Shown here piece by piece: positions 1 through 9,560 of a DNA stretch of 64,000 bases. Location: positions 64,001 to 128,000 of the forward strand of contig JBCCHT010000034.1 in the NCBI GenBank assembly GCA_039028615.1, in the 5' to 3' direction. The notes under the pieces are model-generated. The model had not been told where the DNA came from and made no database searches. It saw only the letters and a list, made by a program, of their open reading frames with translations. The DNA comes from Myxococcota bacterium (GTDB lineage: Bacteria > Myxococcota_A > Polyangia > Nannocystales > Nannocystaceae). Positions within the stretch are counted from its first letter, which is position 1, and each line of letters opens with the position of its first letter. The translations under genes were made by a program, and so were the position numbers.

Positions 1-134
1 TTGTTGGCCATGGCCAGCATCAAACCCGAGTGACGATCGTAGAGCACGGCCAACGCTTCGACCTCGCCGCGCGCGGCCTCGCGAACGACCTCGGCGTCCT
101 CCATTTCGCGGAGCGGGGGAGTCGGAGAGTCCAT
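1..134 (-). CDS. ECF-type RNA polymerase sigma-70 factor, N-terminal part (runs off the window)
   Basis: Manual translation of the minus strand from ATG at 134 gives MDSPTPPLREMEDAEVVREAARGEVEALAVLYDRHSGLMLAMAN. This fits the ECF sigma N-terminus pattern D..LV....GD..A...LY.RH. Not in the ORF track. Confidence 0.7.
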   Translation of the reverse strand, partial: MDSPTPPLREMEDAEVVREAARGEVEALAVLYDRHSGLMLAMAN

Positions 135-350
135 GCGCGTCACCCGCCACCGTAGGACGTCTGAGGATGATTGGTCAATTCGAGAACGGCGAGATTCCCG
201 AGACGGGGCCAGAGTGACGTGCACAAGATGCTCCTCGTTGCTCTTCGCAGGAGCTACGGGGCACGACCGCGCTCGGATCGATTCGAACGCGTACGGCGTC
301 GCGACCGCCACCGACGATCGCGTCCGCGGCGAGGCGTCACCGAAGCGAGA

Positions 351-764
351 TCACTGCTCGGGGCTCGGCTCGGCACTGCCCTCGGCGTTGGGCAGCTTGT
401 CGTAGAGCTTGTGGAACGCCTTGTCGTAGCGCCGCATCTGCCCCACGTTCGTCACTTTGATCCGTCCCTTGAGGAACGCGACCATCGGGTTCTTCTTGCC
501 CATTTCCACGCCGACGTAGGTCTTGGCCGGCATGCTCACCGTGCACGCCGGGTCACCGTGCAGGCCTTCTTCGACGCGGCAGGTACCGTCTTCGATCCAC
601 ACCGTCCACTCGGGCTTGTCGTCGCCACGCAGGACGAAGTGGAAGGCACCATTGAATCCCTCGACACGCTCGGGCTTCAGGCGCGCCGGAAGGCTGCGAA
701 CGATCGCTTCGACCTCGGGGGGGGTGTCGGCAACGGTAGGGCGCGTCACGGCGGGGCGCACCAT
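351..764 (-). CDS. SCP2 sterol/lipid-binding domain protein
   Basis: C-terminal part of ORF 351..1811: FHFVLRGDDKPEWTVWIEDGTCRVEEG...PACTVSM...GKKNPMVAFLKGRIKV, an SCP2 signature. Start chosen at ATG 764; the upstream extension is antisense to the 930..1862 gene. Confidence 0.8.
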   Translation of the reverse strand: MVRPAVTRPTVADTPPEVEAIVRSLPARLKPERVEGFNGAFHFVLRGDDKPEWTVWIEDGTCRVEEGLHGDPACTVSMPAKTYVGVEMGKKNPMVAFLKGRIKVTNVGQMRRYDKAFHKLYDKLPNAEGSAEPSPEQ

Positions 765-849
765 AGCAGCCCCCGATCGCCGCTTCCACGTGGCCGCGAT
801 CACCCATCGTCCACGATGCAATGTGCCCGACATCGCTCGTCGACCGAGT

Positions 850-882
850 TTTCGGTTCGTGTCGATTCTTCGTGAACCGAAA
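850..882. promoter_or_regulatory. 9-bp perfect inverted repeat in a divergent intergenic region; possible regulator site or hairpin
   Basis: TTTCGGTTC (850-858) pairs with GAACCGAAA (874-882). Confidence 0.35.
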
Positions 883-929
883 CCCCGGACCGGCAACGAC
901 CCTGATGCAGGCCGTGAGCCGGCGAGGAG

Positions 930-1862
930 ATGAGAACGATGATTCGAGGCGCATTCGATGGAGGGGCAGCGATCGTGGGTCTTTGCGCGGCAATCGCGGT
1001 AGGCGTGGCCGGCTGCGACGAAGCAGCGACGAGTCGCGGCGACGACTTCGCGAGCACGTTGCCCGAGCCCGAGGACAATCCCTGCGACGGTCTCGCCGAG
1101 CGCATCGTCGAGTGTGCCGACGACGAAGGCTGCGACCTCGACGTGTTGCAGACCGAATTCGAAGCGTGCACCGCCAGCGGCAAGGCCGATGGTCCCGTCG
1201 ACTGGATCAAAGGCGAGGTCGACGAGCTCAAGCAGTCGCTCGTGAACCGAGCGCAGGCTTGCTACGACGATCGCGACGCCGACTGTTTGTGGTGGACCTA
1301 CTGGTCCTTGGCCGCGGGAGCTCGAGTGCTCCAGCTGCCGACCGCGGCGAACAACATGTTCAACTTCCTCAACTGCGGCGACAACCCGCTGCTGCTCGAC
1401 ACCGACGCCCTGCGGGCCGATCCCACCGTCGAGTACACCGAGCAGGCCTTCCTCGATCACGCGTGGTGCGAAGGCACGGCCCTCGCCTCGATGCAGCCGG
1501 ACGTGACCACCACCGTGACCATCCCCGGCATGGTCGTGGCCGCCGAGAACTCGGACATCTGGTACGGCCTCGGCAACTTCACGATGTCGGGCGAAGCCAC
1601 GGTGGTGATCTCCGGGGGCGTGGTGCAGCAAGTCGAGCTGACCACCCGCGTGTACGACATCTACGACTGGCACGCGGGTCTGAGTGCACAGGGCGACTCG
1701 GCCGTCGTGCAAGACTTCCAAGACGAGTGGGCGGCATGGCTCGTCGAGCAGGGCGAAGCCTGCGAATTCGAGATGACCTCGGAGTGGACGGAGACGGTGT
1801 GGGAGCACCAACCGGTCGGCTGTGAGCTCCCCGATTCGGGCGAAGAACCCCGCGACGAGTAG
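930..1862 (+). CDS. Cys-rich acidic lipoprotein of unknown function
   Basis: Signal peptide with lipobox VAGC, GKADG motif common in myxobacterial lipoproteins, paired cysteines, GC3-rich codons. Confidence 0.75.
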   Translation: MRTMIRGAFDGGAAIVGLCAAIAVGVAGCDEAATSRGDDFASTLPEPEDNPCDGLAERIVECADDEGCDLDVLQTEFEACTASGKADGPVDWIKGEVDELKQSLVNRAQACYDDRDADCLWWTYWSLAAGARVLQLPTAANNMFNFLNCGDNPLLLDTDALRADPTVEYTEQAFLDHAWCEGTALASMQPDVTTTVTIPGMVVAAENSDIWYGLGNFTMSGEATVVISGGVVQQVELTTRVYDIYDWHAGLSAQGDSAVVQDFQDEWAAWLVEQGEACEFEMTSEWTETVWEHQPVGCELPDSGEEPRDE

Positions 1863-1880
1863 GCTTCGCCGTGATCACGT

Positions 1881-1908
1881 GTCCGCGTCGAACCTCTTCG
1901 ACGCGGGC
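1881..1908 (+). terminator. Stem-loop downstream of the lipoprotein gene (no U-tract)
   Basis: CCGCGTCGAA-CCTC-TTCGACGCGG, a 10-bp perfect stem about 20 nt after the stop codon. Confidence 0.45.
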
Positions 1909-2086
1909 GCGCAGCGATGAACGAGTGCATCGCATCGTGATCGAACGGAGCCCATCATGGTCCCGTCGTCGCGTCGGCGGGTAGGCAGCGGGCCCACCCT
2001 TACCGGGTGTTCACCTTCGGTTTCGCGCACTGGTTTGCACGCTACGTCGCCACCGAATCGGGCGAGCCTTTTGTTACCATGACGTC

Positions 2087-3712
2087 GTGTGGACCTCGAA
2101 TAAGCATCTCTTGGCTTGCTTGACCCTGGCTGTTGCGTGCACCCCCGACTCGGGCGGCGGCAACGAAAGTGGTGGATCGACGGGGAGTACGGGCCTCGCC
2201 ACCTCGACCTCCACCACCCCGGATCCATCGACCACCGATCCGGGCGGGACCACGGAGATCGGGACGGGGCAAGACACCACCGCGGGCAGCGAAGAAGGCG
2301 TGGACTCGACGTCCACGGGAGCCGAGTCCACCAGCACCGGCCCTGGCTGCATCCCCGGCGAAGAAGAGGGCTGCATCTGCGAGGCCGACGAGTGTGGCGT
2401 GGGCCTGGCGTGCGAAGACGACGTCTGCGTCGCGATCCCCTGCGGCAACGGGATGATCGACGACGGCGAGGAGTGCGACGACGCCAACGGCATGGACAAC
2501 GACGGCTGCGACAACGACTGCACGATCTCCGAGGGCGCCGCGGCCATCGAGGCCGGCGGCGAGCATGTCTGCGCCGCCAACCACTTCGGCCAGATGAAGT
2601 GCTGGGGCAACTTCGGCCAGGGGCGCCTCGGCTACCCCATGCAGGGCGAGGACATCGGTGACGACGAGGTCCCGGCCGACTTCGGCTATGTCGACGTGGG
2701 CGGCGTGGTCGAAGAGATGGCCCTGGGCAGCGACTTCACCTGCGTCCGCCTCGCGACCGACGATGTCATTTGCTGGGGCGAGGGCCAGCACGGTCGCCTC
2801 GGGCAGGGCAACCAGGACAATCTCGGCATCGACGAAGCGCCCGTCGACATCGATCCCATCTCCCTGTCCGGTACGCCGATCCAGATCGACGCCGGCGACG
2901 AGCATGCGTGTGCCGTGTTCGCCGATGGCAACGTCAGCTGCTGGGGTCGCAACGACCATGGTCAGCTCGGAGTCCCCGGCGAGAACATGATCGGCGACAA
3001 CGAGCTGCCCTCGGATGTCGCGAACGTCAACGTCGGGGCCAACGTCGAGCAGATCGCCGCGGGGCTGGACCACACCTGCGCCCGCCTCGGCGGCGGCGAC
3101 GTGCTGTGCTGGGGCCGCAACAACCTCGGCCAGCTCGGCGTCCCCGGCTCGGAGAGCATCGGCGACAACGAAGACCCGGCGACGGCCACCATGGTCATGC
3201 TCGACGGCGAGGCGATCAACATCGACGCGAACTACAACCACACCTGCGTGTGGTTCCCGACCGGCGAGATCCAGTGCTGGGGCGAGGGCACCCAGGGCAA
3301 GCTGGGCTACGGCAACGAAGACGACATCGGGGACGACGAAGAGGTCAACACCCAGACGACCATCGACCTCGACTTCAACCCGACCCACCTGGCGACCGGC
3401 GAGGACCACACCTGTGCGCGACTTCTGAGCACGGGCATCTTCTGCTGGGGCGACGGCGACAACGGACGCCTGGGCACGGGCAGCCCCGACGACGTGCTCG
3501 CCCCCCTGATGGACCAGATCGACGTGTCCAAGGCGCAGGGTCCGGGCAGCGTCACCGCCGGAGCGGAGTTCACCTGCACCCGCACCACGGGCAGCGAGCT
3601 CAAGTGCTGGGGCCGCAACAATCGCGGGCAGCTCGGTCAGGGCGCGGCGTTCCCCACCGACCTGGGTGACAACGAGTCGCTGTCGGTCGCCAACGCGATT
3701 CAGTTCGAGTAG
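2087..3712 (+). CDS. Lipoprotein with Ser/Thr-rich linker, myxobacterial Cys-rich repeat (DUF4215-like) and RCC1 beta-propeller
   Basis: Lipobox AVAC; CGNGMIDDGEECDDAN repeat; about seven RCC1-type repeats of the form AG..HTC.......V.CWG.N..GQLG. Confidence 0.9.
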   Translation: MWTSNKHLLACLTLAVACTPDSGGGNESGGSTGSTGLATSTSTTPDPSTTDPGGTTEIGTGQDTTAGSEEGVDSTSTGAESTSTGPGCIPGEEEGCICEADECGVGLACEDDVCVAIPCGNGMIDDGEECDDANGMDNDGCDNDCTISEGAAAIEAGGEHVCAANHFGQMKCWGNFGQGRLGYPMQGEDIGDDEVPADFGYVDVGGVVEEMALGSDFTCVRLATDDVICWGEGQHGRLGQGNQDNLGIDEAPVDIDPISLSGTPIQIDAGDEHACAVFADGNVSCWGRNDHGQLGVPGENMIGDNELPSDVANVNVGANVEQIAAGLDHTCARLGGGDVLCWGRNNLGQLGVPGSESIGDNEDPATATMVMLDGEAINIDANYNHTCVWFPTGEIQCWGEGTQGKLGYGNEDDIGDDEEVNTQTTIDLDFNPTHLATGEDHTCARLLSTGIFCWGDGDNGRLGTGSPDDVLAPLMDQIDVSKAQGPGSVTAGAEFTCTRTTGSELKCWGRNNRGQLGQGAAFPTDLGDNESLSVANAIQFE

Positions 3713-6700
3713 TCGGCGAGCCCCGCCGGGGTGACGTCTCGTACGCGCTGCTCGATCGCGTCGAGGACGTCGCTTCGGCGTCGGGCCCACTGGGCCGGAT
3801 CGACGGGGACGACCGACCAGCCGCGAAGCGCGAGCACGGCCGGTTGGTGCACGTGCTGCTCGAACACCGACAGGGCGCGCTCCCCTTCGTCACACATCAC
3901 CGCGACCCGGAAGCCCTCGGGATCTTCGGGGTGACCCACGGCCAGCGGCACCCGAAAGTCCGAGCGACCCAGGTCGAGCGCACAGTGCAGCCCTCGCTCT
4001 TCGAGGGCGAGGGCGAGCTGAGCCGCCAGCGGCACGTAGCCGTCCAGAGCCATCGCCGCCCGCTGCTGCGGCGCCCGAATGGCCTGACCGCGAACCTCGT
4101 CGAGGATGCGCTCCGCCTGCACCCGCCGCCCCTTCTCGAGGTGGTGCGCGAACTCGAGGAAGGCCTTGAACAGCCGCGGGCCGTCGTGGGTCGAGCCGCC
4201 GACGTGCAGGAGCTTGGGATCGAAGGACGCGACTAGATAGCACTCGCTCTTCGCCCGCGAGATCGCGACGTTCAGCCGCCGCTCGCCGCCGCGCTGTCCC
4301 AGCGGACCGAAGCGCGCGGGCACGTAGCGCTCCGCGCTTCCTCCCTGGCGCTTGCGCTCGACGGGCGCATGGCCGAGCGAGAAGATGATGACGTCGCGCT
4401 CGTCGCCCTGCACCGACTCGAGGTTCTTGATGAAGGGCCGCTCGTGCAGCGCCTCGGCCCCGGTTGCCGCCGTCCAGCGCTTGGCGAACGCCTCGTCCGA
4501 CTCGACCCGGGCATCGATCGTCTCGAAGATGGTCTCCCGCTGCCGAATGTTGAACGTGATCACGCCGAGGGTCGGCGCCGGGTCCCGCTGCAGCAGCTCA
4601 TCGAGCAGGTCGACGACCCGCTCCGCCTCGGGACGATTGAGGCCGCGATCGTAGGAACCTCCCTCGACGTCGATCCACCGCAACGCTGGCTTGGCCCCGG
4701 GCCCGCGAATGGAGGGGATGGTCCGCAGGCCGCCCTCGTACATCGCGTGGTTGGAGAACGCGATGAGTTCCTCCTCGCGGCAGCGGTAGTGCCACTGCAG
4801 CCCCACGTGGGGACAGCGGGCGCGAGCCAGGGCCAGCAACGACTCCCCGGAGAAGGCGTCGCGAACCGAGCGTTCCTCCTCGCTGCGATCCTCGTCTTCG
4901 GTACCGCCGCTGCCCATGCGGAAGAACGACGTGGGCGGCATCTGCTGCTCGTCGCCCGCGATCACCACTCGGTTGGCCCGCAGGGCGACGGGGAAGCCCG
5001 CCTCTACCGTGCACTGCGAAGCCTCGTCGAAGATCACCAGATCGAACAGCGGCTGCCGGGGAAAGAGCACCACCATCGTCTCGGGCGAGAGCAGCCAGCA
5101 GGGCAAGGCGTGCAGCAGGCCCTGCGGCGAGAACTCCCGCACGAAGCGGCGCATGGGCCATAGCTGGCGCTTTTTTCCGACCTCGCGGAGCAGGCCCTCC
5201 TTGAGTTTCTGCTGCGGATTTCGACGCGCTCGATAGGCCGCGTCGGGGATGTTGAGCAGCTCGGCCTGGTCGAGGCTCGCCTGCAGGCGGGCGACTTCTT
5301 GGTCACGGAGCTGGGTCTGCAACGAGCGCAGCGTCTCCGCATCGCGACCGGTCCGCTGAGCCTCGGCCCCCGTCCCCAGGTCGGCCAGCGCGGGCACGAC
5401 CCCTCGCACGCGCTCGACATGAGCGGCAGCCCAGGCCCGTGCGACGGTCTCGCGCCACGCCGATGCCGATGCCTCGGGCTCGAGCCGAGCCAGGGCATCG
5501 AGCAAGGTCCGCGCGTGCCCAAAGCGAGCGTCGAGCTGAGCGAGCCAGCCGTCGGCCTCGCGTAGGCGCTGTCCGTCGAGGGTGAGACGCTCGCGAACGA
5601 TCGCCAACACGTCTTGCGACGGCGCCCCCACCCCGGGGAAATACGCATGCACGGGCGCGAGGGCGCTCTGGAGATGATGCAGGGCCTCGACTTGAGCCTG
5701 CCGCTGCGTGACCCGAGCCTCGAACGCGGCCCGCTGCTCGAGGCTACCGGGCAAGGCCAAGCCCAGCGGAGCGAGCAAGGCTGCATCCGCCTGCGCGGCA
5801 TGGACCTGGCGCTGGAGCCCCAACATCGCCAGCAGGCATGCCTGGCCCTGCGTCGCGTCCTGGGGTGCGTAGTGCGGGTCGAGGTGCAGGCCCTGCCACA
5901 GCACCGCCATCGCATCCCACGCTTGGGTCGCTTGGATACGCGCGTGCAGGGAATCGAGGAACGCCGCCGAGAAGTCGGCCGCCGCCTGCTCGGGCCACGC
6001 CTGGGCCAGCGCGCGCCGCAGCTCTCCCCTCGCCTTCCACCAGACTCCAGAGAAGGGCCGAGTCCAACGACCGGCAAAGCTGCGCAGGATGGCGAGGTTC
6101 TGGGTCAGTGCCTCGTCGGTAGGCATCCGAACCGGCGCCGGGTACTGGGCCAAGGCCGCGGCGCGCTCCTCCCACTGACGACGAACCTCCTCGATGGGGG
6201 CCAGCGGCTGGAGCGACAGCGCCACGAAGACCTGCGCATCACGGGGCTCGGCCCGAGCCCCACTGCCGACCACCAGTCGTTGCAACGCGGCTGCCCCCTC
6301 GAGCAAGATTTGTCGATCGATGGGGTCGGTGGCCAGCGCTTCGTCGGCCGCCGCGGCCGGAGCCAGCGCTTCGTCGACCGTCCGCCGCAGCGCCATCAAG
6401 CCCGCGTCATCCACCTGAGCCAGGCTCACGCGCGGCGGCTCGCCGTGCACGCTCCGCCAGAAGCCTCTCGGCTCCCACAGCTCGCGGTACGGATGCAGGC
6501 GCTCCACCAGCTCGAGCACGGTGGCCAGCGCGTGGCGATCGAGGTCGGCCAACGCGGGCAGCGAAAGCTCGGTGGGCTCGGTCGCGGTGATCGCCAGCAG
6601 CTGCCCCACGGTGAGCTCGGTGCCCTCCGGGCGGTAGGCGAGCGCGGCCCGTCGAGTCTGGAGTCGGGCCTGGACCTGCTCGTGCTCCTGCTGCAGGACG

Positions 6701-9510
6701 CCGCGGCGGGTCGCGTCGTCCGCTCGCGGCGAGAAGCCGGTCAGGCGCGCCTGCAGCTGGCGATACAGCGCGCGGCGATCGTCGACGACGTCGTGGACCA
6801 GCGCGACCGAATCGGCGAGCCCACAGTCGGCGAGGCGCTGATACACCACGTCCAGTGCCGCTCGCTTCTCGGCCACCACCGCGACCCGCTCGCCGCGGCC
6901 CAGGGCATCGGCCACGAGGTTGACGATGAGCTGGCTCTTGCCGGTTCCGGGCGGTCCGTCGACCACCGTGACCTGGTTGCGACGACACTCCGCGGCCACC
7001 TGGCGCTGACTGGGATCGGCCGCGAGCACCGGCCACCGCAGCTCGTCGGAGGCCAGCACCGTCTCGCTCGCCACCGGTTCCGCCGCGCTGTCGCCGACGG
7101 AACCGGCGGGCAGCAGGCCCATGCCGGCCGCGAGCAGAGTCGGCAGCTCCACGCTCGGGTCGAGCAGCTGGGGCAGCAGCGCGTCGTAGTCCTGCAGCAG
7201 GTCGGAGCTCGACTGCGGAAACAGGCCCAGCACCGCGCATTCCTCCACGACGAGGAACGGCTCCTTTTCGTCGAGGTCGGCATTGCGCTCGACGAAGGGC
7301 ACCAGCGTCGTGCCCTCGCGGCGCAGCACCAGGCCCACCTCGCGCAGCTTGGCCAGCACCGCATCCACGCCACCCGCTGGATCGGCGGCCAGCTCGTCGA
7401 GCGTGCGCCCCAGCTCATCGGGAAACGCGAGCGCAGCCTTGTTGAACAGCACCCGGAGCAGCGATTGGTTGGCCAGGGGCTCGTCGTCGGGTCGGCGTTG
7501 GGCGCTGAATCCCCGCGTGCCCCGGCCATCGCGATCGAGACCGATCGGGTACAGCAGCAACGGACCGCGAACGCCATAGCCGGGCCCGGGCTCGCCGCGG
7601 GGGGCCACATTGCCGACCACGAGCGGATAGCCCAGGTACAGGTCGTTGGCCCCCGTTTCCTCGCGACGATCGCGACTGCTTCGATCGAGCTGACGCAGGT
7701 CTCGGCTCACCGCATGCGCGGCGTCGTGGCGCCCGGCATCATCGGCGGTCACCAGGCGAGCGACCTTGCCCGCCATCATCAGGGCCAGCGCTCGCTCGGC
7801 CGCGCCCGGGCGGACCCCGTCGAGTCGAGACAAGTCGAAGCTCCGGGCCGCCCGCATGGTCCGCAGCCGCACCGAGGGACTGCGGCCATCACCGGTCACC
7901 AGCTCGTCGCGGAGGCGGCTCAGGCTCGCGGCCAAGGTCTTGCGCGAGCCGTCGACGGGCTCGGGCTCGGCGGCGGCCTCCGGCACGCGAGGCCGCGTCG
8001 ATCGCAGCAGCACCCGATCGTCCAGACCCGCGTGCCCCAGCGGCGGCACGCACTCGACGTGGTGATGCAGCAAGACCCGCTCGATCCGGGCTCGCCCCTC
8101 GGCGTCCTCGACGGGCACCGCCGCCAGCCGCAGTAATCGACGGGGTGCGATCTCCATCTGCCCCCGCCGCGCCACCGACTCGCCCAGGGCTTCGAGCGCG
8201 TCCCGGACCTCGTCGCGGCGCATCGGCAGCGGCACCGCGACCGCCTCGAGGCTCTCGACCTCCACCTCGCCGCCCGCCGCCCGCACCGCGGGGCCGACCC
8301 AGCGCCGAAAGTCCGCCCCGTGGCCGAGTACGTCGCCGATCGCGAGCAGCATCTGCACCTCGCGCGGATCGATGACGTCGTCGGCCCCCATCACATGTGA
8401 CAGCAGCAGGAACAACGAGCGTGCGAGGTCGGACCCGCCCGCGCGCACCAGCTCGGCCGTCTCGTACAGCCGCTGTCGCGCCACGTCCGGGTCGAGCAGC
8501 TCCGACCAGCCGGGCACACGATCGCTGAAGGCATCCTCGATGGCATCGAGTTCCTCGGGCGCCACCACACCGTCGGCATGAGCGATGAGCACCGCCCCTG
8601 CCAGCGCGCACTCGGCCAAGAACGCGGGCGGCTCGTCGCGGACGTCGTACTCGAGCGAGACCCCACCTCCGGTGAGCGCCGCCTCGATCTTCGCGTCGAC
8701 CTCGGCCAGCGACCGGGTTCCCGGACCACGCCCAGTGAGCGCATGGAACTCGGCCGTCTCCCAGTACAGCCACTGCGCCCAGGCCCGCAGGCTATGCTCG
8801 GGGTGCGTGGTGCTCTCGGCCGCGTCCCCGGCCGAGAGCGTCTCCTCCATGAGCTCGCGACATTGCTCGAGGTACGCCTCGGTGTCCCAGCTCAGCGACT
8901 CCCCGGAGAGCCCGGTGGTCGCGGCCATCTCCAGGCGCAGCGCGGCGTCGAGATCCTGGCAGGCCAAGATGCCGAAGCGGTCCGCCGTGATCTCGCGCGC
9001 CACCACCAGCTGCCCTGCCGCCTGCGTGCCCCGGGCGCTCAGCAGCCCCTCGCTCGCCAGCACCGAGCCCGCCAGCGCCGTCGCCCCCAGATCGTTCCAG
9101 GGCCCGTGCGCGAGGTAGTGTCCCAGCTCGTGACCGAACAGGGCCACCGCGGCCTCGTCGTCGACCAGGCTCAGCATGCGCCCCTGGATCTCGAGCAGGA
9201 TCGGCGTCTGCACGAAGTGCAGCGCGGCGTTCTCTCGGCCCGAGCTCTGGTACAGCTCCATCGCCCCGGTCACCCCGAGCACCCGCGCCGCCTCGCTCGC
9301 TTGGCGATGGGCCGCCGCCGCCATCGACTCGGTAAGGCGCAGGGCCTGGGCGAGCAAACGGCGACGAATCGCGGCCGGTTCCCGGGGGACACAGGCCCGG
9401 CGATGGAGGGCAAAGCCGGGCTCTGCCTCGAGTACGGCCGCGAGGTTGCGCTCCAGCGAAAACCGTACGGCCTCGACATCGAGCTGTGAAAGCGGGGTGC
9501 GAGGATTCAT
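3700..9510 (-). CDS. Multidomain protein: M48 Zn-peptidase + TerB-like + DUF4011 + SF1 (Upf1-like) helicase + degenerate REase/Vsr-like C-terminus
   Basis: M48: HELGH, EITADR, THP. TerB: IAHADGVVAPEE and MGADDVIDPRE. DUF4011: EETGANDLYLGYP, GPLLLYP. SF1: GPPGTGKSQ, FDLVIFDEASQ, GDEQQMPP, HYRC, VQGDERD, RRLNVAISRAK. C-terminus: FRVPLAV...AVMCDE...RGWSV. Start chosen at ATG 9510 (MNPRTPL), since the upstream extension overlaps the kinase gene. Confidence 0.85.
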   Translation of the reverse strand: MNPRTPLSQLDVEAVRFSLERNLAAVLEAEPGFALHRRACVPREPAAIRRRLLAQALRLTESMAAAAHRQASEAARVLGVTGAMELYQSSGRENAALHFVQTPILLEIQGRMLSLVDDEAAVALFGHELGHYLAHGPWNDLGATALAGSVLASEGLLSARGTQAAGQLVVAREITADRFGILACQDLDAALRLEMAATTGLSGESLSWDTEAYLEQCRELMEETLSAGDAAESTTHPEHSLRAWAQWLYWETAEFHALTGRGPGTRSLAEVDAKIEAALTGGGVSLEYDVRDEPPAFLAECALAGAVLIAHADGVVAPEELDAIEDAFSDRVPGWSELLDPDVARQRLYETAELVRAGGSDLARSLFLLLSHVMGADDVIDPREVQMLLAIGDVLGHGADFRRWVGPAVRAAGGEVEVESLEAVAVPLPMRRDEVRDALEALGESVARRGQMEIAPRRLLRLAAVPVEDAEGRARIERVLLHHHVECVPPLGHAGLDDRVLLRSTRPRVPEAAAEPEPVDGSRKTLAASLSRLRDELVTGDGRSPSVRLRTMRAARSFDLSRLDGVRPGAAERALALMMAGKVARLVTADDAGRHDAAHAVSRDLRQLDRSSRDRREETGANDLYLGYPLVVGNVAPRGEPGPGYGVRGPLLLYPIGLDRDGRGTRGFSAQRRPDDEPLANQSLLRVLFNKAALAFPDELGRTLDELAADPAGGVDAVLAKLREVGLVLRREGTTLVPFVERNADLDEKEPFLVVEECAVLGLFPQSSSDLLQDYDALLPQLLDPSVELPTLLAAGMGLLPAGSVGDSAAEPVASETVLASDELRWPVLAADPSQRQVAAECRRNQVTVVDGPPGTGKSQLIVNLVADALGRGERVAVVAEKRAALDVVYQRLADCGLADSVALVHDVVDDRRALYRQLQARLTGFSPRADDATRRGVLQQEHEQVQARLQTRRAALAYRPEGTELTVGQLLAITATEPTELSLPALADLDRHALATVLELVERLHPYRELWEPRGFWRSVHGEPPRVSLAQVDDAGLMALRRTVDEALAPAAAADEALATDPIDRQILLEGAAALQRLVVGSGARAEPRDAQVFVALSLQPLAPIEEVRRQWEERAAALAQYPAPVRMPTDEALTQNLAILRSFAGRWTRPFSGVWWKARGELRRALAQAWPEQAAADFSAAFLDSLHARIQATQAWDAMAVLWQGLHLDPHYAPQDATQGQACLLAMLGLQRQVHAAQADAALLAPLGLALPGSLEQRAAFEARVTQRQAQVEALHHLQSALAPVHAYFPGVGAPSQDVLAIVRERLTLDGQRLREADGWLAQLDARFGHARTLLDALARLEPEASASAWRETVARAWAAAHVERVRGVVPALADLGTGAEAQRTGRDAETLRSLQTQLRDQEVARLQASLDQAELLNIPDAAYRARRNPQQKLKEGLLREVGKKRQLWPMRRFVREFSPQGLLHALPCWLLSPETMVVLFPRQPLFDLVIFDEASQCTVEAGFPVALRANRVVIAGDEQQMPPTSFFRMGSGGTEDEDRSEEERSVRDAFSGESLLALARARCPHVGLQWHYRCREEELIAFSNHAMYEGGLRTIPSIRGPGAKPALRWIDVEGGSYDRGLNRPEAERVVDLLDELLQRDPAPTLGVITFNIRQRETIFETIDARVESDEAFAKRWTAATGAEALHERPFIKNLESVQGDERDVIIFSLGHAPVERKRQGGSAERYVPARFGPLGQRGGERRLNVAISRAKSECYLVASFDPKLLHVGGSTHDGPRLFKAFLEFAHHLEKGRRVQAERILDEVRGQAIRAPQQRAAMALDGYVPLAAQLALALEERGLHCALDLGRSDFRVPLAVGHPEDPEGFRVAVMCDEGERALSVFEQHVHQPAVLALRGWSVVPVDPAQWARRRSDVLDAIEQRVRDVTPAGLADYSN

Positions 9511-9560
9511 GCGGGGCGAGGCGCACAGCGTATCACCCGTACCCGGACTCCGATCGCAGC

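Noticed and set aside
765..1811. N-terminal extension of ORF 351..1811
   Set aside because: Antisense to the 930..1862 lipoprotein; only the C-terminal SCP2 part looks coding.
5614..8136. 840-aa plus-strand ORF (likewise 14632..17442, 33026..35692, 32421..34568, 57300..59084, 2042..3790)
   Set aside because: Antisense or off-frame overlaps of well-supported genes, with Arg/Gly/Ala-rich composition and no domain motifs.
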